Positions 40,401 through 53,416 are shown, numbered from the stretch's first letter. The stretch is 64,000 nucleotides of DNA from Azolla caroliniana (GCA_043228905.1 JBHGNT010000004.1:20522001-20586000), one strand, 5' to 3'. The notes: a model not told the origin generated them from the sequence alone. Numbers and translations: made by a program.

Positions 40401-42327
40401 CAAGCCATGTCAGTGAGGGATTCTAAAATGGTAAAACAAAAAGAGAACAATTGTAATGTAAAAAAGCTTGTTTCATAATTGTGTTCTCTGCTCTTCCAAG
40501 AGTTTGGTTATGTGGTTGTGTTGGTGGGCCAAAGAGCATTCCTAGTGAGGTCAGCAATCATTCCAGCCTCATTAGGAGTTCTTGAAAGCTAGTACAACCT
40601 TGAAAATCATGCTGGATGTCTTCATATGTGAACAAAGAATTCCAAAATGACATGTTCTTCTGTTTTGAGTACGTTGAGGCAACATAAATCATACATTCTC
40701 TTTTTCTGCCCAATATTTAACCATCACTCAGTTTCTATTTTTTAAGCGTGTGAATATGTGATCATCAGTGTGATGACACAGCTTGCTTTGGGATGGATGT
40801 CCTGATGTGAACTTTGGCATCAGCAGTCCTTGAGTATTAATGAAACTGCAAATAATACTCAAAATAAGATCTACATTGGGTTGCCTACATTTCATGAGGG
40901 AATCTAATGTGGGTGGGTGAGTAAACATGGACAAGCTCTCCTGTTTGTGACATTGCGATTTCAAGACATTTTACTTATTTCAATATGTGCTAGAATTTTC
41001 TTTAGTATTTCATTCCATGAGCTTGCCCGAATACTGGCCCACCCCAACCTCAGTTACATTTGAGTGAGGCTCAAGTGGCACATGTTCTCATATTAATAGC
41101 ATTGTGCTGTGCTAGCTTTCATTCTCCTAGACATGATGAGTAGGAGCCACTATGACCCATAGAACCAATTAACCAATCATTTATCGACAAGCATTGCCCA
41201 AACATCCATATAAAATAGTGAAAACAACCACTGCCCATGGTGCTAGTAAAAACCAGGCTTTACAACATTGACACATTTGCCACAATACAAAGAGTGAAAA
41301 CGATAGCATTCCCAATTTTCTCTTAACAGAATCTTAATAACATTAACATTCACATTGACAAGTTTTCCACAGTGCAATGAATGAAAACAATAGCACTGCC
41401 CAGTTTCCTTTTACATGAATGGTTTTTTAATATTGACACAATGACTAAAAATAACTGCAATTCTCAATTTCTTCCTAAACAAACGGCTTTACAGCATTGA
41501 GAAAAAGACTGAAAACCATGGCACCTCCCGGTTTCCTCTGAGATGGAAAATTTTACAACATTGACACAAATACACAGGCTTGTCCAGGTTTATCCTAACA
41601 GAATGGTTTACAATATTTAAGCAAAGAGTGAAAATAACACTTCTTGTTGGGGGGACAAACTTCATGGGGAGGTCATGCATCTAAGTATTGCCTGCGAGCT
41701 TCATGCAAGGTTCCCCAAATTGGTCTACCCATCCAGGCCCGAATACCTTAAGGTATAAGAGATGTCCACTCTAACCAACTTGGCACCACCTTACAAAAAA
41801 ATCTTCGCCCAATTTGCTCCCTAAAATAAAGGCTTTACCTACATTGACATTGAAACATTTTTTCCACAGTACAAAGGTGAAAATGAAAGTTTTTCCTTTA
41901 AATTAAAATGTTATTAAACTGAACAAAATGGAGAGAGAGATGGAGAGATGGAGAGAGTTTTCATCATCGAGACTAACCGATCAGCCATGATCGCGATGCC
42001 ACGGAATGCTTGAATAAGCATCCGATCAGGATTTGAACTGCGGCTCTGCCACCGTCCGAGGGAGGGAAAATCTCCTTGGGAGCCATTGGTCTTGGAGATG
42101 ACTGTCACGAGGCCACCATCTGTCAGGAGCGGGTTGGATGGACCGCCGACACGGACGGGGTCATTGTCAGCAGATTCATTAGCAAAAGTTCTCCATTCGG
42201 ATGATTCATCAATTGACCGGGACTCTAGCACGAGCCCACATTCCCGGCACACCATGTCACCAGCAGCATGGTCAAGAACCATCTCTGTTGCTCGCTTGCA
42301 CTCGGGGCACATTGGCTCACTGCCCAT
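34436..42327 (-). CDS. TFIIB: Transcription initiation factor IIB, 7 exons, 311 aa
   Basis: Exons 42327-41978, 36341-36317, 36074-35945, 35857-35727, 35633-35545, 35042-34966 and 34569-34436 total 936 nt; all GT-AG and in frame. Zn ribbon CPEC..CREC, B-reader SEWRTF...DPVRVG, cyclin repeats ([29 protein letters not shown]; [13 protein letters not shown]; [14 protein letters not shown]). Confidence 0.97.
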
Positions 42328-42416
42328 AGTTTCGACTTTAGGGTTTCTCTGTCAGGTAGCAAGGGTTGATCAGGATTCGGCCGATGGTTATTTCTTTGGA
42401 TTGAACTTAGTTTCTG

Positions 42417-42418
<2 letters not shown>

Positions 42419-42466
<48 letters not shown>

Positions 42467-42548
42467 ACTCTGTCTGTCTTTCTCTCCGGAGAACCTTCTG
42501 ACTTATAATTAATACATACATACATACATACATACATACATACATACG

Positions 42549-42617
<69 letters not shown>
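42419..42617. repeat. Microsatellites (CT)n, (TACA)n and (CA)n upstream of the TFIIB ATG
   Basis: Directly visible. Confidence 0.9.
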
Positions 42618-42619
<2 letters not shown>

Positions 42620-43332
42620 CGACGTGTCTAACTATTACCAAATATTTATGAGGGCAAGCGGGAATCGCGGAGAGGGACGGTGCAGGTCACTAGATGAGGG
42701 CGCGTGCGATCTGCACCGTCCAATGTGGATGAAGAAAAAGCGCGAAAAGCGCACCATCATAAGTTCTCTTTTTGGGGAGCCCGTCTCACTAAAGAAGGAG
42801 CCTGATTCATTAGTTTGTGATGAGTATAAAGAGGTTTAGGGTGTAGGCATCTTCAACGAGGCGCACCACCTACTATCCTGTTGTCCGCGAGCACCTGTTG
42901 TCCTGCTGTCCAGAGGTATGTATCACCAGACTTTCTGGAGGTTATACCTTCGAGTTTTGTGTTTGAAATCATATTTTCCTCGCAACTGGAATCCATATTA
43001 TTATTGACCTCCACTACATGCCAAAGTCAAAATCTTGATAAGATAATATGGAATCCATATTAATATGAAACAGAGTAAGAAGAAAAAGACCCGAACCTTC
43101 AATCATGTAATGCTTGGGTGGGTTGCACAAATTGGTGGTTTTTGAAGATGGCATGTGTTTTGTATAGATGGCTAGTCGGTCCAAGACCTTCATAGACTTT
43201 GTTGTGGATTGGGGTGAAACAATATCCTATGAAGGGAGGTATGGCCTGAATCATTTCCCAACTATATATTGTGTATAAATAGTGATGTTTGTGTGCTAAC
43301 TTGAATAGGGTTTTTGTCAGAAAGGGTGCTAG

Positions 43333-44150
43333 CAAGGTTGTTAGGTACGGTACGGATACCATACGTATTTAACGTATTAATACCCATATAGTACCTCCCA
43401 ATTTAAAAATACGTTAAATATGTTTTCTTAATATGTTAAATACTTATAAAATACGTATTTTACATATAGTACATTAAATACTTCTAGAATTTGAAAATTA
43501 TTTACCTTTCTAAAAACTATCTATAATATTGTAAAAAACATCTATGTTTACACAATTTTGTGATGTACAATATAGTTATACATCCTAAAATGCATATAAG
43601 ACATTTGAACATTTCACATCCTAAAATACGTGTAGTAATATGGATGTTGACATTCCCTTATTCTATAAATCAGTGTAAGTGTGTATCACGATGTTCTACT
43701 TCAAATTGTAATTATTTACAATTATGTCTTCATAGATCAAGGAATCATCTACGATTATCACACTCATGATAGGTTTCTCTTTTCTTCGTTTTCTTCTTCT
43801 TCTTCTTCTATCTATTGCGATTATCACACTCAGGATAGGTTTATGTCTTCATTTCTCTCTTCTTCTTCTTCTTCATCTTCTTCATCGTCGTCTCTTCTAT
43901 TCTTCTTTCTTCCTTCCTTTGGCTTCTTTTTCACTAAAATCTCTTTTTACTTTTGCTTTTTGTTAGGGTTTTACTTACATTTTCTTTATAAATACATATT
44001 ATACCAGTTTTTTTATAAATACGTTAAATACTGTATTGGACAAATGTACATGATATTTGACTGAACAACATCGAGGTATAGTACGTACTATACAAATGAT
44101 GAGGTACTATACGTATTTAAACGTTAAATACGGGTACGTAAACAACCATG
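43333..44150. mobile_element. Non-autonomous hAT element (818 bp) about 1 kb upstream of TFIIB
   Basis: TIRs CAAGGTTGTTAGGTAC / GTACGTAAACAACCATG; perfect 8-bp TSD GGTGCTAG at 43325-43332 and 44151-44158; subterminal ACGTATT repeats. Confidence 0.85.
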
Positions 44151-44389
44151 GGTGCTAGGTGCCCCAAATCCAACGATATGGATGTTGAATACATCATTAC
44201 TGAAGACTCGAACATGGATACGAACCCCATACATGACGTGGGGTCAGGTGTTGAAGATATCAAACTAAATGATGCGTTGATGTACTTTCTTGTAATCATT
44301 ATTGAAGAAGTATATATTGGGTTTTTCTAATGCAAATGTCACACCATTGTTGTAGTGGACCCTATGTCCCTCTTCAAGTGTGGAAGAGA

Positions 44390-45792
44390 CTGGACAGGTA
44401 TCAAATGTCGCACATGTATCGTTGGAGATTCGTGTAGAAAAGAGGTATGATGGTTTCGCAAAAAAGCTAACATGGAGGCTCACTTACAGAAGGCACATGG
44501 CATCCGTGTAATACTGCCTTAGGGGCTAAAGATAGAAGAAGAAGAGCAATCGACCTCCATGAGGAGCACAACCACGTCATTCTTCAACCACTATGAAAGA
44601 CAATGATCAATAAAGCGTTTTTTGGATCCGAAGCTAAAGTACAACAGATCATGCCAATCACACATGAGGAAGTTGAGGACAAGAGCGATTAAGATCTTCA
44701 AAGCCACTCCAGACGCACTTCGAACATCCAAGGAGGCCGTTTTCATTGCCCAATTCGTCAGCCAAGAGATAGCCAGGTATGACGGGGGGAAGGAGCATAG
44801 GATGGCAAAATTGAAGTTCAAGATTGCGGCTACGTTTAAAGCTTATGTAAGTATGGTTTATGATTATGTGTGCATCTTATGTGAGTCTAAATCCAGTGTG
44901 TGAATGATTATGTGTGAATCTTATGTATGAATTTCAGTGTATGAATCATGGGCTTCCCATGCCAGAAGATGAGGCACATGTCGAGATCGATGGTGGTCAA
45001 GACCAACTATTAGAATCAACAACCAAACAACCAAGGAGGCCTAAAATCCAAATCCGCAAGAAAAAAGTGGACCCTGGTAAATTGTTGTTCATTACATCAT
45101 CTGACACAGATGAGGGTGCAGACATTGGGATTGTCTTTGTTGGTCCTGGGACAATCACGAAAACATGGGATAACACAACAAGAAATAAGTTCACTACATA
45201 TGCCGTTATGGTGGGGGCATGAGATCAATAGTACACTTCATGTTTTTTTTGTAGTTACTAATCTGGCCTAATAAACAAGTTTCAGGTGGCTTGACGACGA
45301 CTAGATCTAGCGGTCTTTTTAATGGAGGTAGAACTATGTTCGTTGTGCACTATAGGGGAGATGGCATCCACATGGATGATGACCCTCTTCCACTTATGGA
45401 TGGAGTACTCGCTGCCCCCCGAGATCAACAAGCAGTTTCATATTGTGGATCCACTGTGGATACAGCTAGAAGGCCAAAGTGATAAGGTAGAAGACATACT
45501 CACTCAGGTCCCTGAACGGGAATATGTCTTCATTCCAATATTGCACTCAAGGCAATGGGTACTTTGCGAAAGACTCCTACAGGTCTTGATGCCAAGGTGA
45601 GGAGCCCAATTGTTTTTTGCGATCAACTAAATAATCATCCGACTACCGACATGAAGACATTGGGTGATTTGGATGTACGACATATCTCTAGCGCCACACA
45701 CACGACCATTGCATCATCAACAAGGAGCGGTTTCATGTATTGCATATCCCAACCCAACCTAATGGGACAAATTGTGGGTATTACGTTGTCGC
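44390..45792 (+). pseudogene. Zinc-finger + Ulp1/C48 (SUMO-protease-like) pseudogene, MULE/CACTA-type accessory gene
   Basis: CRTC...EAHLQKAH near 44400-44500; HIVDPLW, YVFIPILHSRQWVL and QPNGTNCGYYV (~45755-45787). Interrupted by an LTR-like sequence at 45795. Confidence 0.6.
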
Positions 45793-45794
45793 GT

Positions 45795-46372
45795 TGTTAC
45801 GCGCGTGCGTGTAGAAGGGGCGGGACCACGGGGGTCTTGGACTAGGGAGTGGAGGAGAAAGAATAAGACACAAAAAGGAAGCTTAGCTCAAGAGGAGGTG
45901 AGAAAGAATAAGACAATAACGTAGAATAGATGGGCAAGATGCTCAACAAGTTAGCTTAAGGAAACACAAACGCTTTACAATGGTGGCCGCCATGGCCGCA
46001 CCAAACGACTATATCAAAAACCCTAAAGGAAAACCCAAGAAGAAAACCCTAACCGAAACCCTAAAACCGAATAGGAAACCCTCGACCTAAGTGGTATGCC
46101 TCTCTCCCTCAAAATAGGCAACCTCTCATAAGTGACCCCTCCCTTCCTTTTATAGCCCAAAGAGGGAGGGACCTTACAATGTGGGATAGAATTTCCCCTC
46201 TTATTTCTATACACCATTTCCTAGTATACATGTGCACATGGTGCACACCATCGATTTGCCTATTCCACCCCGGTTTCCGCCTATGGACGAAAATCTTCAC
46301 GACAACGTGATGCAAACCATTCAAATGTTGGTCGAGGAGTTCATTCAAGGATTTGAGTCCGATCAATTTGTA
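45795..46372 (-). mobile_element. LTR-like fragment
   Basis: Begins with TG exactly where the Ulp1 frame breaks; TATA-like CTATAAAAGG on the minus strand at ~46150; similar to 19880-19950. Right end uncertain. Confidence 0.4.
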
Positions 46373-46599
46373 AGTATTTATGAGAATTGAATTTGAGCAT
46401 TTGTTTTTGTAAGGGCTTAGGTTGATGGCATCTTGTGGTGTAGGGTAAGGAGCAATGGTTTGGATTTGAAGACGTGGAGTTCCTTCGGAAAATCATGGCA
46501 AAATGGTCACGAAGGACTCTAGGCTTAGGGTTATTTTAATCACTACTTTGTAACATCAAACATATGATCTCAATGTACTATCTCATGTGGATTGCCAAC

Positions 46600-46990
46600 T
46601 TTTTTGTAATATCAAATCAATATTTGAATCTCATTTTGGTTGTATATGACTCAATGTGGACTCTATCTGAATCTCATTTTGTAATATCAAATCAATATTT
46701 GAATCTCATTTTGGTTGTATATGACTCAATTTGATGAACATTCTGGTTGTGACACTTATTATTTGAATCTCATTCTGGTTGTGAGTCTTATTATTTGAAT
46801 CTCATTCTGGTTGTATATGACTCAATTTGAATCTCATTTTGGTTAGTGTGTGACTCAATGTGAATCTTATTCCAAAGCAATGTACAATAATGCAATACTA
46901 GTCAATAATGGAGAAGGTATCAAAAGCAATGTACAATAATGCAATACTAGTCAATAATGGAGAAGGTAGACAAAGCAATGTACAACAATG
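46600..46990. repeat. Minisatellites: TGAATCTCATT(T/C)TGGTTGT units and a ~49-bp tandem repeat
   Basis: Repeated units visible at 46600-46870 and 46873-46990. Confidence 0.75.
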
Positions 46991-47057
46991 TTATAGGAGG
47001 GAGCCCGACTGATTAATGAGGAGCCTGACTCATTAATAGTCAAGTGCCCAACTACGT

Positions 47058-49290
47058 TGTTGTGTTATTTTTCACGCGCAGGAGAAGCCAAGGCGGGACT
47101 GCGGGGGTCCTGAACCAAGGAACAACCGAACAGAGGGAGTGTTGGGGACAAGGCGGTCAATGTGGAAGTGCAAGCAACATTCGTGATGAAGAAGAACATG
47201 TGTATGCATGAGCAAGATAGACACAGAGGGAGAGAGAGAGAGAGAGAGAGAGGCACAAAGGAAACGTTATATTCCAATAGCAACTGTTACAAATGACAAC
47301 CAACCTTCACTAAAGGTTACAAAGTCACTTTATATAGTGACTATCCTAGGCCAACTGCCCTTTATGCTATTTACAGAAATGGCCCAAACTTGGGGTGTCC
47401 AAAGGGACAATGTGAATACGGCCATTATTCACTCGTATTCGACACTCCCCCATAATGGGCATATACATGGGTTATCTAAAGAATTACAAGTATATATACA
47501 AGGTTTATCGGACAAATCGGTTTTGTTAGAGTCGGCAAGATCCAAAGACAAAGGACCGAACCGGTCGGGTCGGAAGAGCTGAAGCCGATCCTTAGAGAAC
47601 TGATGTCGGTGGTCCGAAACCATCCTGTGCTATGCGTCCAACTTTAATCGGACCGATTTTTCGTTATGCCCATCTGGTGCCAAAGGGAGCGGAAATGATC
47701 CGCCGAAAGACACTTGGTCATTCCATGTGCGACATTATCGGTTGTGGATATCTTCTCGAGACCGATTTTCCTTGAAATGACACAGTCCCAAACGAAGTGA
47801 TATCGAACGTCGATATGCTTAGAGGTGTTGTGGTGAACCGGATTTTTTGACAAAGCAATAACACCCTAACTATCGTTGTAGACAACTGGAGCCGAGTCGG
47901 AGTCGACCTGTCGAAACGTGTGCGCCAGCCGACCGAGCCATAAAGCTTCTTTTGCCGCGTCAGACGCAGCTTCATATTCCGCTTTGATCGTTGAGGTGGT
48001 TGTGCACTCCTGAAGTTTTGACTTCCACGAGATTGCTCCATTGCCAAATTTGAAACAATATCCGGTTGTTGATTTTCGACTGTCCACACAGTCGGCGAAG
48101 TCCGAGTCGGTGTAACCGACTACGCCTGAGGTTGAGTTTGGGCCGAAAAGAATGTCGTGGTCTTTTGTGCCAGTTAGATATCTGAACACATGCTTGACTG
48201 CGTTCCAGTGCAATCGTCCGTGGTTGTGCATGAATCTGCTGACGACTCCTACGACGTGAGAAATATCAGGCCGTGTCGCGACCATCGCGTACATGAGGGA
48301 GCCGACTACCGGTGCATATGGTATCGACTTCATATCTTCCCCCTCCAGACCGGATGTCGGGCAGTCTCGTTGAGATAGCCGAAGGTTGATGGGGTTGAAG
48401 CAGACATGGCCGAGTGCATGTTGAAGCGTTCCAAGACACGTCCGATGTAGTCGGTTTGAGACAAGAGAAGTTGTCGTGTATCGCGATGCCGACTAATCTT
48501 CATACCGAGTATGTGTCTTACCGAACCGAGGTCCTTCATGGCAAACTTCAACCGCAATTTCCGAACAAGTTCGGTGAGCTCTCTCACATGCCGACTGGAG
48601 AGTAGCATGTCGTCCACATAGATGATGAGGAAGACGGGAGACCCGTCTTGAGTTGTTTTGGTGAAGAGACAGTGGTCCTCATCGCTCTTTGAGAAGCCGA
48701 ACAATTGGATGAAGTCGTCGAACTTCTTGTACCACTGTCGGGGTACCTGTTTCAGGCCATAGAGACTCTTCCTGAGTCGGCAGACTAGATGTTCCTGGTC
48801 GGATGCCACAAAGCCTTTCAGCTGCTCCATATAGATTTCCTCTTGTAGGTCACCGTGGAGAAATGTCGTTTTTACATCTAGCTGAATTAGCTCCAAGTTG
48901 TCGGCGGCCACGACGCCGAGCATGAAACGGAGGGTCGTCATTTTCACCATTAGTGAAAAGATTTCATCGAAGTCGAGCCATATTCTTATCTAAATCCCTT
49001 CGCAACTAATCTGGCCTTATAGTTTGGGTTGGTCAAGTCGGACGTCTCTTTTAGTCGATAGACCCAATTACATGGAAGAGTGAGTCGATTCTTCGGTAAT
49101 TCGACCAAGTCCCAAGTCTTGTTTGCCCGAATGGAGTGCATTTCCGACTCTATCGCCAGATGCCATGTGGCTGAATCGGCAGCTGCCGATGCTTCTTGTT
49201 AAGACGTCGGTTCGCCGACGTCGGTAAAGAACATTCCGGGAGACTACTTCTTCGGAGGTTACGACAGTCTCTCGGATCTGCGAGGTATGA
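47058..49290 (-). mobile_element. 5'-truncated copia (RT-RNase H, PPT, 3' LTR)
   Basis: RT IIYVDDML (48330-48950), RH YTDSDFA..SKHIDVRYHF; PPT at 47445-47451; LTR ~47058-47444. Cut off where the tRNA-His array begins. Confidence 0.85.
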
Positions 49291-49755
49291 CTGGACTTCC
49301 TCTCTCACGTGAATAAATTCATGTACGCAATCTATATAATATATGAGCCAAGTCTCTATCAAGATATGGACAAATTCATGTGCAAATTCTATATAAAATA
49401 TGAGCCAACATTGCACAACATCATTGTGTTATGTGCAACATGTAAAGCAATGATATGCCAACTTCATACCCTGCCCAATTAAAAATCCAACAGTTTTTAG
49501 AATTGAATATATACTAAATTTCGATGTGCTTAATGGGATTCAAGCCCAAGTCTCCACCGCGACAACGTAAAATTCAAACCATTGACTCGATTTCTTTGCT
49601 CAAATGAATTATTATGGTTGTTTGCATATGCACACACATATTCATGTACACATTCTATACGTGATATGAGTTAAGTACCTGCGCCATCAATGTATAATGC
49701 CAAGTTCATTTCTTGCATTCATTGGGAGTCTAAGAATTTTCACAAGAATGTAACA

Positions 49756-49827
49756 TGTGGTTGTTGGGATTCGAGCCCAAGTCTCCACGGCCACAACGTG
49801 GAATTCTAACCACTAAACTACAACCAC
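49756..49827 (-). tRNA. tRNA-His(GUG), copy A1
   Basis: GTGGTTGTAGTTTAGTGGTTAGAATTCCACGTTGTGGCCGTGGAGACTTGGGCTCGAATCCCAACAACCACA; complete cloverleaf with A and B boxes. Confidence 0.8.
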
Positions 49828-49959
49828 TCAATGTTTTTAGATGGAAAAGAATCATTCTTGGGGACTAGTTTCCTGCTTAAAATAATTTGTTATGGTTCAT
49901 GGGATTTGCCGTTAATTCGCATCCATTTGGAGTCTAAGAATTTTTGCAAGTATATATGG

Positions 49960-50031
49960 TGTGGTTGCTGAGATTCGAGCCCAAGTCTCCACGGCCACAA
50001 CGTGGAATTCTAACCACTAAACTACAACCAC
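49960..50031 (-). tRNA. tRNA-His(GUG), copy B1, followed by genomic CCA
   Basis: Full-length; T-stem has G-U pairs. Confidence 0.7.
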
Positions 50032-50585
50032 GAAGTTTGTCATATTTAATTGGAACTAAATCTCCACAACTGTAACATGGATTTCTAACCACTGAATTCG
50101 CATGTTGCCTTCATACACTCTATATATCATATGAGGCAAGTCTTGATAAAGGCATCCAGAAATATGGAATTCTAATCACTCAGTCTTGACTTCCTCTCTC
50201 ACGTGAATAAATTCATGTACGCAATCTATATAATATATGAGCCAAATCTCTATCAAGATATGGACAAATTCATGTGCAAATTCTATATAAAATATGAGCC
50301 AACATTGCACAACATCATTGTGTTATGTGCAACATGTAAAGCAATGATATGCCAACTTCATACCCTGCCCAATTAAAAATACAACAGTTTTCACAAGTGA
50401 ATATATACTAAATTTCGGTGTGCTTAATGGGATTCAAGCCCAAGTCTCCACTGCGACAACGTAAAATTCAAACCATTGACCGGATTTCTTTGCGCAAATG
50501 AATTATTCTTGCGCCATCAATGTATAATGCCAAGTTCATTTCTTGCATTCATTGGGAGTCTAAGAATTTTCACAAGAATGTAACA

Positions 50586-50657
50586 TGTGGTTGCTGGGAT
50601 TCGAGCCCAAGTCTCCACGGCCACAACGTGGAATTCTAACCACTAAACTACAACCAC
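50586..50657 (-). tRNA. tRNA-His(GUG), copy A2
   Basis: Full cloverleaf. Confidence 0.8.
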
Positions 50658-50789
50658 TCAATGTTTTTAGATGGAAAGGAATCATTCTTGGGGACTAGTT
50701 TCCTGCTTAAAATAATTTGTTACGGTTCATGGGATTTGCCGTTAACTCGCATCCATTTGGAGTCTAAGAATTTTTGCAAGTATATATGG

Positions 50790-50861
50790 TGTGGTTGCTG
50801 AGATTCGAGCCCAAGTATCCACGGCCACAACGTGGAATTCTAACCACTACACTACAACCAC
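50790..50861 (-). tRNA. tRNA-His(GUG), copy B2 (two extra substitutions, possibly a pseudogene)
   Basis: Full-length with D-arm and variable-region changes. Confidence 0.55.
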
Positions 50862-51480
50862 GAAGTTTGTCGTATTTAATTGGAACTAAATCTCCACAAC
50901 CGCAGCATGGATTTCTAACCACTGAATTCGCATGTTGCCTTCATACACTCTATATAACATATGAGGCAAGTCTTGATAAAGGCATTGACAAATATGGAAT
51001 TCTAATCACTAAGTCTTGACTTCCTCTCTCACGTGAATAAATTCATGTATGCAATCTATATAATATATGAGCCAAGTCTCCATAAAGCCGTGGACAAATT
51101 CATGTGCAAATTCTATATAAAATATGAGCCAACATTGCACAACATCATTGTGTTATTGTGCAACATGTAAAGCAATGATATGCCAACTTCATACCCTGCC
51201 CAATTCAAAATCCAACAGTTTTTAGAATTGAATATATACTAAATTTCGATGTGCTTAATGGGATTCAAGCCCAAGTCTCCACCGCGACAACGTAAAATTC
51301 AAACCATTGACTCGATTTCTTTGCTCAAATGAATTATTATGGTTGTTTGCATATGCACACACATATTCATGTACACATTCTATACGTGATATGAGTTAAG
51401 TACCTGCGCCATCAATGTATAATGCCAAGTTCATTTCTTGCATTCATTGGGAGTCTAAGAATTTTCACAAGAATGTAACA

Positions 51481-51552
51481 TGTGGTTGTTGGGATTCGAG
51501 CCCAAGTCTCCACGGCCACAACGTGGAATTCTAACCACTAAACTACAACCAC
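51481..51552 (-). tRNA. tRNA-His(GUG), copy A3
   Basis: Same sequence as A1. Confidence 0.8.
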
Positions 51553-51684
51553 TCAATGTTTTTAGATGGAAAAGAATCATTCTTGGGGACTAGTTTCCTG
51601 CTTAAAATAATTTGTTATGGTTCATGGGATTTGCCGTTAATTCGCATCCATTTGGAGTCTAAGAATTTTTGCAAGTATATATGG

Positions 51685-51756
51685 TGTGGTTGCTGAGATT
51701 CGAGCCCAAGTCTCCACGGCCACAACGTGGAATTCTAACCACTAAACTACAACCAC
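51685..51756 (-). tRNA. tRNA-His(GUG), copy B3
   Basis: Same sequence as B1. Confidence 0.7.
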
Positions 51757-52310
51757 GAAGTTTGTCATATTTAATTGGAACTAAATCTCCACAACTGTAA
51801 CATGGATTTCTAACCACTGAATTCGCATGTTGCCTTCATACACTCTATATATCATATGAGGCAAGTCTTGATAAAGGCATCCAGAAATATGGAATTCTAA
51901 TCACTCAGTCTTGACTTCCTCTCTCACGTGAATAAATTCATGTACGCAATCTATATAATATATGAGCCAAATCTCTATCAAGATATGGACAAATTCATGT
52001 GCAAATTCTATATAAAATATGAGCCAACATTGCACAACATCATTGTGTTATGTGCAACATGTAAAGCAATGATATGCCAACTTCATACCCTGCCCAATTA
52101 AAAATACAACAGTTTTCACAAGTGAATATATACTAAATTTCGGTGTGCTTAATGGGATTCAAGCCCAAGTCTCCACTGCGACAACGTAAAATTCAAACCA
52201 TTGACCGGATTTCTTTGCGCAAATGAATTATTCTTGCGCCATCAATGTATAATGCCAAGTTCATTTCTTGCATTCATTGGGAGTCTAAGAATTTTCACAA
52301 GAATGTAACA

Positions 52311-52382
52311 TGTGGTTGCTGGGATTCGAGCCCAAGTCTCCACGGCCACAACGTGGAATTCTAACCACTAAACTACAACCAC
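52311..52382 (-). tRNA. tRNA-His(GUG), copy A4
   Basis: Same sequence as A2. Confidence 0.8.
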
Positions 52383-52514
52383 TCAATGTTTTTAGATGGA
52401 AAGGAATCATTCTTGGGGACTAGTTTCCTGCTTAAAATAATTTGTTACGGTTCATGGGATTTGCTGTTAATTCGCATCCATTTGGAGTCTAAGAATTTTT
52501 GCAAGTATATATGG

Positions 52515-52586
52515 TGTGGTTGCTGAGATTCGAGCCCAAGTCTCCACGGCCACAACGTGGAATTCTAACCACTAAACTACAACCAC
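52515..52586 (-). tRNA. tRNA-His(GUG), copy B4
   Basis: Same sequence as B1. Confidence 0.7.
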
Positions 52587-53140
52587 GAAGTTTGTCATAT
52601 TTAATTGGAACTAAATCTCCACAACTGTAACATGGATTTCTAACCACTGAATTCGCATGTTGCCTTCATACACTCTATATATCATATGAGGCAAGTCTTG
52701 ATAAAGGCATCCAGAAATATGGAATTCTAATCACTCAGTCTTGACTTCCTCTCTCACGTGAATAAATTCATGTACGCAATCTATATAATATATGAGCCAA
52801 ATCTCTATCAAGATATGGACAAATTCATGTGCAAATTCTATATAAAATATGAGCCAACATTGCACAACATCATTGTGTTATGTGCAACATGTAAAGCAAT
52901 GATATGCCAACTTCATACCCTGCCCAATTAAAAATACAACAGTTTTCACAAGTGAATATATACTAAATTTCGGTGTGCTTAATGGGATTCAAGCCCAAGT
53001 CTCCACTGCGACAACGTAAAATTCAAACCATTGATCGGATTTCTTTGCGCAAATGAATTATTCTTGCGCCATCAATGTATAATGCCAAGTTCATTTCTTG
53101 CATTCATTGGGAGTCTAAGAATTTTCACAAGAATGTAACA

Positions 53141-53212
53141 TGTGGTTGCTGGGATTCGAGCCCAAGTCTCCACGGCCACAACGTGGAATTCTAACCACTA
53201 AACTACAACCAC
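53141..53212 (-). tRNA. tRNA-His(GUG), copy A5
   Basis: Same sequence as A2. Confidence 0.8.
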
Positions 53213-53344
53213 TCAATGTTTTTAGATGGAAAGGAATCATTCTTGGGGACTAGTTTCCTGCTTAAAATAATTTGTTACGGTTCATGGGATTTGCCGTTAA
53301 CTCGCATCCATTTGGAGTCTAAGAATTTTTGCAAGTATATATGG

Positions 53345-53416
53345 TGTGGTTGCTGAGATTCGAGCCCAAGTCTCCACGGCCACAACGTGGAATTCTAACC
53401 ACTAAACTACAACCAC
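53345..53416 (-). tRNA. tRNA-His(GUG), copy B5
   Basis: Same sequence as B1. Confidence 0.7.

Noticed and set aside
42086-42641. ORFs with VCVC/RERE/SLSL runs
   Set aside because: Microsatellite translations.
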